Origin: a virus
Lineage: Duplodnaviria; Caudoviricetes
Reading direction: 5' to 3' (one strand)
DNA: 64,000 nt
IMG/VR virus record: IMGVR_UViG_3300021256_000072
Span: 1-64,000 of that record
The notes beneath the pieces are model-generated. The model was not told the origin of the DNA. It made no database searches and saw nothing but the letters and a program-made list of their open reading frames with translations. Below, piece by piece: positions 39,740-50,567 of the stretch (position 1 is its first letter; each line of letters starts with the position of its first letter). The position numbers and the translations under genes are program-made.

Positions 39740-40399
39740 CTACCAGAGTACGTTTTTAAGTTGACTACGCATCTCTAGTCTTTTTTTAAACACATTAATA
39801 TTATCGAGCTCTCTTTTTTCAAAGGTCCCTCGCAATCGAATTGAAGTATTTAAACAACAAGAAAGTCCTAGATTATAACAGACATCACCTAGGTAAGTAT
39901 CTTCTATACCCCACTCTGATTGAGCTTTGGTAGAAAATAACTCACCTCCTTGAAATTCGCATACTTCTTTAATAGCATGTTTCTTCATATAAATGCCACA
40001 AGAATAGAAGAAATTAGTTATTTTTCCATAAAACTTATTATAATCTTCTCCTCCTCGTTCTATCCTGAAATCATCCTCTAAGGATAGGAGTGTTATGTCT
40101 GTCTTAGAGTCTGTTATTGAAGTAATATCCCCTTTTACAGGATACCTATCTCCATCTAAAAACAGTACATCATCCTCCCCTGGAACACCTAGCCCCAAAT
40201 TCCTTGAAAAGCTAGTTTGTCGTCCATCTAAACTTGAAGGAGTTGTAATAACAGTTTCTCCTAAGGATCTTAATAGGCTTACAGAATTATCACTGCACCT
40301 ATCACAAACCCAAACTCTCTTAGCATCTAATTGAAGAAGGGAATTTAGCATAGGTATTATATGAATCCCTTCGTTCCTTCCAATAATGACTACTTTCAT
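39740..40399 (-). CDS. Glycosyltransferase family 2-like protein
   Basis: VVIIGRNE, VCDRCSDNS, SRNLG, LFLDGD (DxD), WGIEDT motifs. Confidence 0.8.
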   Translation of the reverse strand: MKVVIIGRNEGIHIIPMLNSLLQLDAKRVWVCDRCSDNSVSLLRSLGETVITTPSSLDGRQTSFSRNLGLGVPGEDDVLFLDGDRYPVKGDITSITDSKTDITLLSLEDDFRIERGGEDYNKFYGKITNFFYSCGIYMKKHAIKEVCEFQGGELFSTKAQSEWGIEDTYLGDVCYNLGLSCCLNTSIRLRGTFEKRELDNINVFKKRLEMRSQLKNVLW

Positions 40400-40404
40400 A
40401 CTAA

Positions 40405-43400
40405 TTAATATCCATAAGGATTATACCAATATCCATCCCAATGAACGTACTCAAGATACCTATATCTAAATGTATTTAAGCCATAATAATTGCAATGGCC
40501 GATAAGATATTTATGACTGTACAAATCTTTCCGAGATAAAGACAGACCCATACTCTTAAATGAGTAACCATTGTTAAACTGAGTAATGCCATTTACAACA
40601 CCGGGAGGTCTAGATGAAGCTCCTACCCTAATAGATTGAATTATACCACAAGGCACAATGAATCTTATGATCGGGTAAATTGTCGTTCCTCCGCTAGTGA
40701 TTGAAAGAGCTGATGTACTTCCTAAACCAAAATTAGGACCTGCTGTACTATCTCCAGGAGTAGGTGGATATTCTGCAACAATAGTAGAATACTCTTTATC
40801 CAAAATTAACACATATTCATCTGAATCAAAAGTATAATTAGTGGTCATTACTATATCAGGAATGAAATTACAATCATTTACTGGATACAGTCTGACACCT
40901 ATATCTGCAGAAGTTAAGACTAAGGTAGAAGGAATTGTCATACCTAGTAATGCATCATAGACAGCTCCTGAACTAATCGCATTGGTAGAATTCTTAATAG
41001 GGGCTGGATCATAAACTAGTCTTGGCTGTTTACTTGCAATAGAATCCAATACTGAAGGTGCGACATCTATCTTCCACTGATTCTTACTCTTTTCCGCTTT
41101 TATTGTTTTATCCGGACTATATATTTCTTGAAGTGATATATCGTAAGTAAACATATTGGACTCTGCAACCCAAGCCAATGTTACGTCTGCTCCTGCTTGA
41201 ACATTATTAATATTTACATTAATAGTATTATTGTTGCTATTTTTCCCTTCTATAAATAAATTAGAAATATTCTCTCCAGTAGAATTTACAATGTGATATA
41301 TTTTATCTTCATTAGGTAAATTCGTGCCTTTGACAATGATATTATTTCCAGGGGCTAGGGCAATAACTGTATCATATTCACTAAAATCTAAGTTGGTAAC
41401 AGAGGTTGAAGATAAATTATAAATACTATCTCCAGTAAGCTCTAAATTTTGACCAACAAACGTAGCTGGAATTGCTGAAGAAGTGAATGATACTGTTGTT
41501 AACTCAGTACACGTTCCTGTTGAATTACTTTCCATTGGGATTGGAGCTGAGAAATGATAAGTTATTGTGCTACTAGTACTTGATCTCTTAGCCGGAATAC
41601 ATACATAGAAATCTCCCCCAATATATTTAATAGAGAATACTCCTAGTTCATTATGGCATCTAATATTGTATGTACTAGCCTTTCCTGGTTTTCCATTAAT
41701 ATATAAAGTGTCCGCATGAGTTCCAGAATTAGTTACCCAATAAACATCAACTACTGCTGGCGTAACTACTTTAAAGGCAAGCTGATAATTATAACCATTA
41801 GAACTATCAAATGCACTACTTACACTAAATCTTTGCCCTACTTTCAAATCATACACACATTTAGCTGAAGGATACTGATCATGTGTACAATTTTCAGTGA
41901 GATGGGTTACTTTATTACTTATAGCTTCAACACTTATACCCAAATCAGATACTACTAGAGGATAAGAAAGGTCTGATTTAATGGTATAGATTAACTCGTC
42001 TTGCTTATAAGTTATAGTATAGATTAACCCTGTATACGTATATAGATCACTTAATTCAAGCGTTTTTACTGGATTAGATGCATTACCTAAGAACAATCTA
42101 ACACTTAAAGTCTTACTAAGATTATCTTTAAAAATAACATCAAAGGTAAAACAATCACAACTAGGGTCTGTTTTCTGTACTCTAATAATTGGGATAGTTC
42201 CATTACTAACGATGAAAGTCTTTGGTATAGAGCTTTCAACAGTAACTTCAGAGACTCCACCAGCATTACTAAGTGACTGAACATCCGTTAAATTAATTGT
42301 AGAGGTTTTTAAGGTAATTACATCTACATCCGTCGGTACTGAATTTCCAATAAGATCAAAAGAAGAACCACTAAAATCTTCTATCTCAACAGTAAACGGA
42401 TGAATTTGTGAACCTCTGATATATAGATTCTTTCTACTATACTTAATATATCCAGCTAAAGTTTCATTATCAGTATATAAAATTGGTGAAGCTTCTGTAG
42501 CCCCAGTGCCATAACTGTATATATTACCAGTTATAGTTGTCATTTTACTACCTGATACTGTCACTTTAATTACTCCATACTCATTGATTGAACCTAAGCA
42601 CCACCAAGATAAACTATCAGCAATAACCTTATGGAAAACTGATTTAGAGCTTAATGATAATATAGATTCAGTTCCAGATACCGGATCAGTGTAAATTAAA
42701 GAACCGCGTTTTGCTATTACTCCTCCAATTAATTCCTCGCTATTTAAAACTCTAGTATTCGTTGGACAATATAACTTTCCTAAATTAACCTGTCCTGAAG
42801 TTGGAGTTAAAACCTCTCCATTAATTCCTACAGAGCTAATGTAATTTCCCTCTATATCTCCAACCCTATTGCTTAAAGAAGTCAGATCTATTGAAGAAAT
42901 CTGGTTCTGCAATTCTTGAACGGCTGAGTATAAAGCTGATGAAGTAACTAATTTAGAAGTATTTTCAACGATATTTGTAGTATACTCAGCTTGGATAGTT
43001 ATAGGACTAAGATAAGAGTTTTTTATTCTATAAGGGTTTGTATTAGTCTGATCATATTTTTCTGACGAATAAGACCAGAGTAAAGGAGATGACAAAACTT
43101 TAAATTCAGTCGTTTCTAAAGAATTCTCAGTTTTTGGCCTAAAATAAAGCGCATATCCATTCCCACTAACAGATTCAATTGCAAACTCAAAATTATTCTT
43201 TAAAGTTTCAGAGAATATTTGAGATCCAAAAGAGTAGATAGTATCTGTTAACCCAATACTTATTACTCCTTCAAGATTTAGCGCCCTACATTTAACTTCT
43301 ATTGTAGTGAGGCAGTTCTGTTGATATAAAGTTTCTATATTATCTGGGGTTGAAAAATCTAATAATCTAATCCAGCTATATTGTCTAACTGAACTATGTA

Positions 43401-44760
43401 AAAATGTAGGAAGCTCAGAAATATCGCTAAACCATACAAATTCTTTATTATCATTTTCAACAGTAAGATTCTTCAAACCATCTTCAGTATTTTCTATATT
43501 AACACTGCCATCTTTTGAAATTATTTCTGGTGGTTGAATGTTATATACCCAATCGTTACCTACTTTTGTAATTGAAATAATGCTTCCAGAATATACAGTA
43601 GCCTCAATATCGACTAATTCTTGCTGGTTAATATCAACTACTTTAAATCCAGAAATATTAGAATCGACTACAAAATTGTATGAAGCATTATCTCCAGGGA
43701 TATTTTCGAAAGTAGTAGTTAACTTCTTTTTCTTACAATATTTAGTTATAGTAATGAAGTTGTTGCTATTAGAAGCATCAATACTAGCTTCTCCAACCTG
43801 ATGATAATTAACACTAACGTAATTACTAAACTTTTTATCAGAACCTATAACTGTTAACTCTTCCACTGATCCTGAGAATCCAACGCCAGAAAACCATTGA
43901 ATCTCGTCTTCCCTACATGTAGAACCAAGTACTATAAATTTATAAACAGAAGTAAATCTAGCTGAAGGAGAAGTAGATCGTCTTACAATACCTACGGGAA
44001 CTGTACCATTAACATTGCCTTCAAAGAAATCTTTTGATCTAGTAGTTAGATTTACTCTAGAATTTCCTAAACAATTAGAATAAGTAATAATATCTATAGT
44101 ATTATTTCCGAAGGACCCCACAGTAGCAACAGCCATTACAACTGAAGTTCCAAGAGGTATATTAAAAACTCTTGCATATTCACCAGAGTTAACAATACCA
44201 TCAGGATTATCCGACCAAGTATATATGTTCTTTGAAGAATTTACAGTAATATCTCCACTATTTAATATTCCTTGTAAAAGTTCAGTCAAAGAGTCTTCAT
44301 CAACGAATCTATCTGATCTTCTAATTCTATCCCCAGTAACATACCAGAAAAACCCATCTAATGCAGAGTAGAAAGTTTTATCTTCTGTTATTCTAGTAAA
44401 AACTTTCGTCTCATTATCACTACCTATAGTACAGTAAGATGGTTTATTATTTTCTGGATTATAGCAAACATATACCTCATTGTTTACTAAGCTTGATACA
44501 TCAGGAATTCTTGTGTCATAAACTCCTGTAACTGGTTCAATAGCTCCATTAGAGACTATTACATAATTATCTTTACCTGGACCATCAAGAACTCCTATTG
44601 CCAATATTGAGTTAATATTATGTTGACTATCATAATACCTAACTGTAACTGGTTGACCAGGAACATGAGAAAATTCATTAAGTTTTATTATGGCTACATC
44701 ATATGAACTTTCAATGAGGATATCTCTAGATAGTAATATGGTTGTATTCTTTTCACTCAT
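40405..44760 (-). CDS. Large tail fibre-like protein
   Basis: Fibre-type motifs (SKLVTSSALYSA, QYPSAKCVYD, STNAISSGAVYDAL); ATG at 44760 preferred over TTG 44793. Confidence 0.6.
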   Translation of the reverse strand: MSEKNTTILLSRDILIESSYDVAIIKLNEFSHVPGQPVTVRYYDSQHNINSILAIGVLDGPGKDNYVIVSNGAIEPVTGVYDTRIPDVSSLVNNEVYVCYNPENNKPSYCTIGSDNETKVFTRITEDKTFYSALDGFFWYVTGDRIRRSDRFVDEDSLTELLQGILNSGDITVNSSKNIYTWSDNPDGIVNSGEYARVFNIPLGTSVVMAVATVGSFGNNTIDIITYSNCLGNSRVNLTTRSKDFFEGNVNGTVPVGIVRRSTSPSARFTSVYKFIVLGSTCREDEIQWFSGVGFSGSVEELTVIGSDKKFSNYVSVNYHQVGEASIDASNSNNFITITKYCKKKKLTTTFENIPGDNASYNFVVDSNISGFKVVDINQQELVDIEATVYSGSIISITKVGNDWVYNIQPPEIISKDGSVNIENTEDGLKNLTVENDNKEFVWFSDISELPTFLHSSVRQYSWIRLLDFSTPDNIETLYQQNCLTTIEVKCRALNLEGVISIGLTDTIYSFGSQIFSETLKNNFEFAIESVSGNGYALYFRPKTENSLETTEFKVLSSPLLWSYSSEKYDQTNTNPYRIKNSYLSPITIQAEYTTNIVENTSKLVTSSALYSAVQELQNQISSIDLTSLSNRVGDIEGNYISSVGINGEVLTPTSGQVNLGKLYCPTNTRVLNSEELIGGVIAKRGSLIYTDPVSGTESILSLSSKSVFHKVIADSLSWWCLGSINEYGVIKVTVSGSKMTTITGNIYSYGTGATEASPILYTDNETLAGYIKYSRKNLYIRGSQIHPFTVEIEDFSGSSFDLIGNSVPTDVDVITLKTSTINLTDVQSLSNAGGVSEVTVESSIPKTFIVSNGTIPIIRVQKTDPSCDCFTFDVIFKDNLSKTLSVRLFLGNASNPVKTLELSDLYTYTGLIYTITYKQDELIYTIKSDLSYPLVVSDLGISVEAISNKVTHLTENCTHDQYPSAKCVYDLKVGQRFSVSSAFDSSNGYNYQLAFKVVTPAVVDVYWVTNSGTHADTLYINGKPGKASTYNIRCHNELGVFSIKYIGGDFYVCIPAKRSSTSSTITYHFSAPIPMESNSTGTCTELTTVSFTSSAIPATFVGQNLELTGDSIYNLSSTSVTNLDFSEYDTVIALAPGNNIIVKGTNLPNEDKIYHIVNSTGENISNLFIEGKNSNNNTINVNINNVQAGADVTLAWVAESNMFTYDISLQEIYSPDKTIKAEKSKNQWKIDVAPSVLDSIASKQPRLVYDPAPIKNSTNAISSGAVYDALLGMTIPSTLVLTSADIGVRLYPVNDCNFIPDIVMTTNYTFDSDEYVLILDKEYSTIVAEYPPTPGDSTAGPNFGLGSTSALSITSGGTTIYPIIRFIVPCGIIQSIRVGASSRPPGVVNGITQFNNGYSFKSMGLSLSRKDLYSHKYLIGHCNYYGLNTFRYRYLEYVHWDGYWYNPYGY

Positions 44761-44845
44761 TTTACTTAAATCTTTTAAATAAAAAAGACTCAAGGACTTT
44801 AAGGATCATTTCCTCAGTATTTGTCCAAGAGTCTTTTATTTTCAA

Positions 44846-45358
44846 TTAGCGTTTACCTACAACTCGGAAAGACTCTACAACATCTCCAGCCCAGTGTATG
44901 TCGATAAAGTGATCTCTCTGCATATCGAAAACAAAGTCATTATCTAATTTCTTAAGATCATATTCCTTTCCATCGATAGTAACGAGTGCATATGGGTAAG
45001 TCTCAGCAAGAGATGCATTTGGAGTAACTCTAACAGTAACAACTCCAACTGCTTTTCCATATTTATTGCCCTCGAAATTAGAGTAAGAATTAACTTTATC
45101 AATTTCAGCCTGTTCTTCTTCAGTTGCTAACTCACCTGCAGGTTCTGGCGCTACAAATTCAATAGTAGAATTAAGAAGATTCCCACTTCCATCACGAAGA
45201 TCAAAGACATTATAGAGACTTTCATCATCTACGCCAGCCCAATTAGTCAAAAAACGTGCTTGATAAGGTGCAGATACGACTATGTCTGGGTCTGCCTTGA
45301 AATCATTAGAATAAACCGTAGAATATCTTCCTTCTACCTCATTAACAATAACAGCCAT
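44846..45358 (-). CDS. Hypothetical protein in structural module
   Basis: 170-aa ORF. Confidence 0.7.
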   Translation of the reverse strand: MAVIVNEVEGRYSTVYSNDFKADPDIVVSAPYQARFLTNWAGVDDESLYNVFDLRDGSGNLLNSTIEFVAPEPAGELATEEEQAEIDKVNSYSNFEGNKYGKAVGVVTVRVTPNASLAETYPYALVTIDGKEYDLKKLDNDFVFDMQRDHFIDIHWAGDVVESFRVVGKR

Positions 45359-45377
45359 AAATCTTATTTTTTATAAA

Positions 45378-48300
45378 TTAATCCATTACATAATTAAAGT
45401 ACAAGTTGAAAGAGAACTCTAATGAATTTCCATAGTATTTATAATTATATGTATTTTTATGGAATATTTCATCTCTTAATGTAATTTTAAGATCTCTCAT
45501 ACAGAAATTAACCTCTCCACTAGATGCCGCTGATACAGTTAATATCAATGTTGGTTTATAAATTGCAGTGGTTAATTCTTCAAGAGTATATTCTGAAAAG
45601 ATTTCATCAAAATTAACACCAAAAGATTCAGTTCCTTCCGAGTCACAGATAAAATAACTAGGATTTGTCCAATAGTTATTTATGGTTTCTGGAAGATTGA
45701 CATTAGTAGTTTGTAATGTCCATTGATTCAACGAATATACATACTCTTTTCTTTCTGCTACTAAAGCCATGTTGTAACTACTAGCACTCGAAGAACCTAT
45801 CGAAATCATTGAAGACGGAGTAAATTCATTAGTCGTCTTATTATTAATCAATACGGTATAATATCCTTGTGAGTAATTTATAGTAATAGAATTAGAGTCG
45901 TCTTCAGTTGATATAATCAATGTTCCATCTCTTTTTGCTCTTGTATTATTAAATGGGAGTTGAACATCTATAACGAAGTGATATAATACGTCGTTATTAG
46001 CAGATACACCTTCCTCGTATAAGTCGCCTGTATAATTTCCATCTAAATAAAGCGTTCCTTGAGGATCTGAGGCTTTTAATTTGCTTACATTTGAAACAAT
46101 ATCTATCGAAGTGGTAACCAGAGGATCAAATACCCCGTGAGTAGCTATACAAGTTCCATCAGACAAGAAAGGAATCAAGTTACCATTAGCTGCACTATCA
46201 ACCCAAGTAATCGTAGGAACTATAGCACCTTGATTAATAACAAATGTAACTTCATCCGTAATGCCATCTTCATTTTGATAGATAACAGTACAATTCATTA
46301 CATTTACTATAGGCGAACTATTTTTTGGGAAAGAGAATACCAGGCTTGAATCTCCAATAGTGTAACTAATATTGGAGTCACATAATACTTCTAATCCAGA
46401 TATAGTCTCTAAGTTAGGCAGTGTTACAGCTTTACAATTCACTTCTACACTCTCATCACCTGAACTAACTGTAATTTGAACATGATTATTATTTCCTACT
46501 TCTTTTCCAACATACAGATTATCATTAACTACAATTCCTGTATTATGACCTTTCTGTACACCTTTTACAACAAACTCATACCCTGGTTCTGGAGTAGAGC
46601 TGCCTTGTTTCATTACAGATATTGTGTAAGGAGCAGACCATTCCAAATCTTCTGAAACAGCACTTACTTGATCTGGGTTTGATAAGTAGTCCGAAATAAC
46701 ACAAGATCTATCAGTGCAACTAATCTTAACAGCATTATCGATCTTATTGGATATTAAATTAACCCCAATGCTCTCTGCTATACAATTAACAGCTTCATCT
46801 GGATTATTAGCTACTGTGTCTCCAACTAATGATGAGGAGTAGTTTATTACAGGCTTGATATTACCACCAACAAAAGGTATATCATCCACGTCTGTCATAT
46901 AAACTATATCCTTGACATAACGCAATTGTAGTGATATTGAAGAGGATAATAAATCTCTTGTAAATTCCACAAGTTCAATTCTATTATTATCATTCCAACC
47001 AATACCGGAACTAAATGCGCCATACCCTGCTTCATTCCCTTCATCCCATATCCAATCTATACTTAATAGATGAACGAAATCAGGGTAATTATTCGATACA
47101 GCTGTTTCAGTATCTTGAGACCATGTTCCTTTATCATTAGGATATGGTTGAGGAGCTAATGTCGAATCAGATTCAGCGTTTCCTCCATCAAAAACTAAGT
47201 ACGGTTCTTGTTTTTGTATAGAACCAGTAATATCCGGCCTGAAATATAAGTACAAGGTTCCTAACGAAGTTGAGTCCAGATCACTATCACTATTATAAGA
47301 ATTGCTACTAATTAAGCTAAAGTATACCCCCTTGTGTAGTCCTGCATTGGCGTCTTGCTTGATAACATACTTAGCACTAGCAGGAGGTGAAGTAACATAA
47401 GGATTATTACTAATTTTAACTCCTGCAGCAAATTCTGTAATGGCTAATGTCTCTACAAACTGTTCTGAATTAGGATACATCAGTGCCGTAGGAATATTAC
47501 CTTCTTCACCTCCTGGATATTCAACCATGTCCAGAGGTATTACTACTTTAGCAAAATAATTAGAAGGGTAGTAATCATTTTGATCACTATAGATAAGCTG
47601 TCCTCCTAGTTGTACTGTAGGCATTTTCTCCTTAACTTCTGAATAAGTTATAGTAGCAGAATACCCAGACTCGTCTCCTATATTCTTAACAATATTCCAA
47701 GGTTCATTGAAATAAGTATTATTAGTTCCAAGCCCTAAATTATTATTTAATAAAGCCGCCGTCCTATAATTAGTATAACCTACCCATTTAGGAGCAAGAG
47801 GCTGTGGCAGTTTGAAGAAATAATATGCATTATATTTCAACTCAGGATCAAAATAGATCTCTAAATTAGTTATAAACAGTTTTGTAGGAAGCTGAGGATA
47901 ACGTGAATACCCACTAGGATTTATACATTCAAAAGTAAACCCTCTAAGTACTCCTTCTTCGTATGTAGGGAAAATAATTTTAACGGATCGATTAAAGTAC
48001 GATAAAGCCGAATCGTCTGGGGTTGAAGGCGCACTGATTGAAATTTTTGATTGAAGATTGTATTTATTAGCGAGATTAACCAGGGTAGCAACATTAACTG
48101 GACTAGTATCACTTATCGTGTAAAACAAAGAGTAATTACAGTTGAAATTTACATACAGCGGACTATCGTGAGGAACGAAGAAGTACTGATTGAAGAGTAC
48201 CTTTTTATCTATTGAGGTTAAATAGCCAGAATATCTTAAATGACCGTCATTAATCTCATCATCGACATCAGGACTAAAGTCAATCTCATAGCCTAAAGAA

Positions 48301-50561
48301 TCATTCTTCACAATATTAATAACTACTTTTCCTTCAATCTTCAAAAAATCTGGTGTATATGAAAATTCTACAGATCCAAATTCGGTATTATCATTGAAGC
48401 ACATTGCATCGAAAAACATAGTTTCGAATACTAATGGAACTTCTACAGAATCTCCTGAAGTATTGGATATATAGTATAAATTCTTGCCAACATTAGTTAT
48501 CTCATCGGTCTGTCCAGTAACATAAACCTTCATATTATATTCCGGATTATTGGACAGCAGATGAATTAATTGATTAGCAGAATAAATTGATGAATTACTT
48601 CCCAACCAAAATCTAGACTCATTGCCAGGAACAAATCTACAGTAAAAACTCATATTACTGCTTACGTTTACTGGCATTGCTTTAATCTTCTCTAATTCCA
48701 AAGGCTCAGCAGGAACAGTTAAGTAAGGCGGCTTTCCTTTCTTAATCACTTTAACGTATGCAGTAGAGACTGATAAATTCATTCTCCAATCTGAGTTATC
48801 TGTAATTAAAGGGTTAGTTAGGTATCTTGTAAATTGAAGAACTCCATAGACTGTATCCTTTAAATTTTGAGGAACGTCATTTACTTCTACTGCTATCTGA
48901 TTTGCCGTTAAAAAATTTCCCTGCCCCGTACTTTCATCATAATAACAGTTAATTTCACCTATTTCTGGAGTTATAATTACACCATCTACAGGAGAAGTTA
49001 ATTTCCAATAATCTCCCTCAGATTGAACATTAGTACCAAGTGCAATAAATCCCATAGTTTGATTATTCTCAAGAACTATAGTATCTATTTCCGGTCCTAC
49101 TCCTGAATATACCTTAAGCTTTTGGGTTTTTGGTTTCTGTACTAAGTAGAAAACTCCAGGCTTATAAGTAATGTCTGTATCTACTAAACCTATATTAAGT
49201 GGGATTAACTTAAATTCATTGTTAACCATACAAGGAATAGGAATAGATTCAGACTCATTTATCTGATTGGTAGAAAGGCTTACTTCGAATTTAATCTTAT
49301 CTCCTTCAAATATTGGATCACTATATTCTATAGTAAATTTAGAACACATATAATCCAATTCCTCTTTTGTTCCAGCAGAGATATTAATATTATTTTTATC
49401 AATAACCTCTTCTGTAGCAATCTCTAAAGTGAATTTATGTACAGTAGTTCCATCTGCTTCGAATAAGAACAAGTAATTATTCAGTTCTGTATATGGAGTT
49501 GTTGGATCTATTATTTTAACATAAGATTCAAAACTTCCCTGTACTAGTTTAAAACTATTTGAAGTAATAGTTTTTACATTCTTATTCTCATCAAGGAAAG
49601 ATAATTCAAGATGGAAAATTCCCCAAGGTGCAGTATCAAAACTAGTCTGCATAGCATAGATTACTCGATTCCAAGTATTATCTACAATACAAACAAATGT
49701 AGGAGACTTTTCTTCTTCTACAATAGTAACACCATCTACACCAGAAATTTCAGTAATACCGCTTCCAATTCTTTCTATTACTCCATCCTTTCCTACTTTG
49801 AACTCTTCATACTCAACAGTTCCCCTAACTTGAACATAACCTCCTTCAGCTCGTAAACGATACTTTGTCATAATTGCTGATCCTGAAGAGTCAAACAATA
49901 CAGGCTTTAATGTTCCAGGTTTGTAAGTTTTGAATGTATAGTAAGAATTCTGATAACCTCCATCTACATCTATACATCTTCCCTCTTTACATCCCTCTTC
50001 TGCAGATTGTTTTCTAAGAAATCGGTAATAACTGTCTTTACTAACTAGAACTTCATCACTTTCATCTATAACTAGGATATTCTTAACTCCACTCCAGACA
50101 CCTTCTAAGAAATCAAAGTCGTTAATTACATCCTTTCTATAATTTACGAATTCCGCTCTAGTACTCTCTAAAAATTGAAGGTTAATTATGTTATTCCCAG
50201 TAAGACACAACTCATCATCACTTTCAGGAACTAATACAAATGCAAGTTTTACTATTTCTTCATATCCATAATAAAAGAATAAAGCTTTAATATATCCTGC
50301 AGTAGCGGTTAGATAATCTCCAGAAGGTATTGTTACTTTAATATTATCTATATTGATTTGTAGTGTCTTAGTTGAAGTATCCCATAGACATCTACTCTCA
50401 GTGTGCTCTATATTCTCTAAAGATTTACTTACGCCAGAGGCACAAAGAGCAATAATCGAACTTTCTGAAAGAGCATCAGTTTTCTCTTCCCAAGCTGATA
50501 AATAAATCTCAGTTGGAATATTCAGCTCTTTCTTAAATTCGTCGCTAAAAAATACTTTCAT
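45378..50561 (-). CDS. Large (1727 aa) probable structural protein
   Basis: Long beta-rich ORF with BACON-like segments (NNTRAKRDGTLIIS...ITINYSQ). Confidence 0.65.
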   Translation of the reverse strand: MKVFFSDEFKKELNIPTEIYLSAWEEKTDALSESSIIALCASGVSKSLENIEHTESRCLWDTSTKTLQINIDNIKVTIPSGDYLTATAGYIKALFFYYGYEEIVKLAFVLVPESDDELCLTGNNIINLQFLESTRAEFVNYRKDVINDFDFLEGVWSGVKNILVIDESDEVLVSKDSYYRFLRKQSAEEGCKEGRCIDVDGGYQNSYYTFKTYKPGTLKPVLFDSSGSAIMTKYRLRAEGGYVQVRGTVEYEEFKVGKDGVIERIGSGITEISGVDGVTIVEEEKSPTFVCIVDNTWNRVIYAMQTSFDTAPWGIFHLELSFLDENKNVKTITSNSFKLVQGSFESYVKIIDPTTPYTELNNYLFLFEADGTTVHKFTLEIATEEVIDKNNINISAGTKEELDYMCSKFTIEYSDPIFEGDKIKFEVSLSTNQINESESIPIPCMVNNEFKLIPLNIGLVDTDITYKPGVFYLVQKPKTQKLKVYSGVGPEIDTIVLENNQTMGFIALGTNVQSEGDYWKLTSPVDGVIITPEIGEINCYYDESTGQGNFLTANQIAVEVNDVPQNLKDTVYGVLQFTRYLTNPLITDNSDWRMNLSVSTAYVKVIKKGKPPYLTVPAEPLELEKIKAMPVNVSSNMSFYCRFVPGNESRFWLGSNSSIYSANQLIHLLSNNPEYNMKVYVTGQTDEITNVGKNLYYISNTSGDSVEVPLVFETMFFDAMCFNDNTEFGSVEFSYTPDFLKIEGKVVINIVKNDSLGYEIDFSPDVDDEINDGHLRYSGYLTSIDKKVLFNQYFFVPHDSPLYVNFNCNYSLFYTISDTSPVNVATLVNLANKYNLQSKISISAPSTPDDSALSYFNRSVKIIFPTYEEGVLRGFTFECINPSGYSRYPQLPTKLFITNLEIYFDPELKYNAYYFFKLPQPLAPKWVGYTNYRTAALLNNNLGLGTNNTYFNEPWNIVKNIGDESGYSATITYSEVKEKMPTVQLGGQLIYSDQNDYYPSNYFAKVVIPLDMVEYPGGEEGNIPTALMYPNSEQFVETLAITEFAAGVKISNNPYVTSPPASAKYVIKQDANAGLHKGVYFSLISSNSYNSDSDLDSTSLGTLYLYFRPDITGSIQKQEPYLVFDGGNAESDSTLAPQPYPNDKGTWSQDTETAVSNNYPDFVHLLSIDWIWDEGNEAGYGAFSSGIGWNDNNRIELVEFTRDLLSSSISLQLRYVKDIVYMTDVDDIPFVGGNIKPVINYSSSLVGDTVANNPDEAVNCIAESIGVNLISNKIDNAVKISCTDRSCVISDYLSNPDQVSAVSEDLEWSAPYTISVMKQGSSTPEPGYEFVVKGVQKGHNTGIVVNDNLYVGKEVGNNNHVQITVSSGDESVEVNCKAVTLPNLETISGLEVLCDSNISYTIGDSSLVFSFPKNSSPIVNVMNCTVIYQNEDGITDEVTFVINQGAIVPTITWVDSAANGNLIPFLSDGTCIATHGVFDPLVTTSIDIVSNVSKLKASDPQGTLYLDGNYTGDLYEEGVSANNDVLYHFVIDVQLPFNNTRAKRDGTLIISTEDDSNSITINYSQGYYTVLINNKTTNEFTPSSMISIGSSSASSYNMALVAERKEYVYSLNQWTLQTTNVNLPETINNYWTNPSYFICDSEGTESFGVNFDEIFSEYTLEELTTAIYKPTLILTVSAASSGEVNFCMRDLKITLRDEIFHKNTYNYKYYGNSLEFSFNLYFNYVMD

Positions 50562-50567
50562 ATAATT

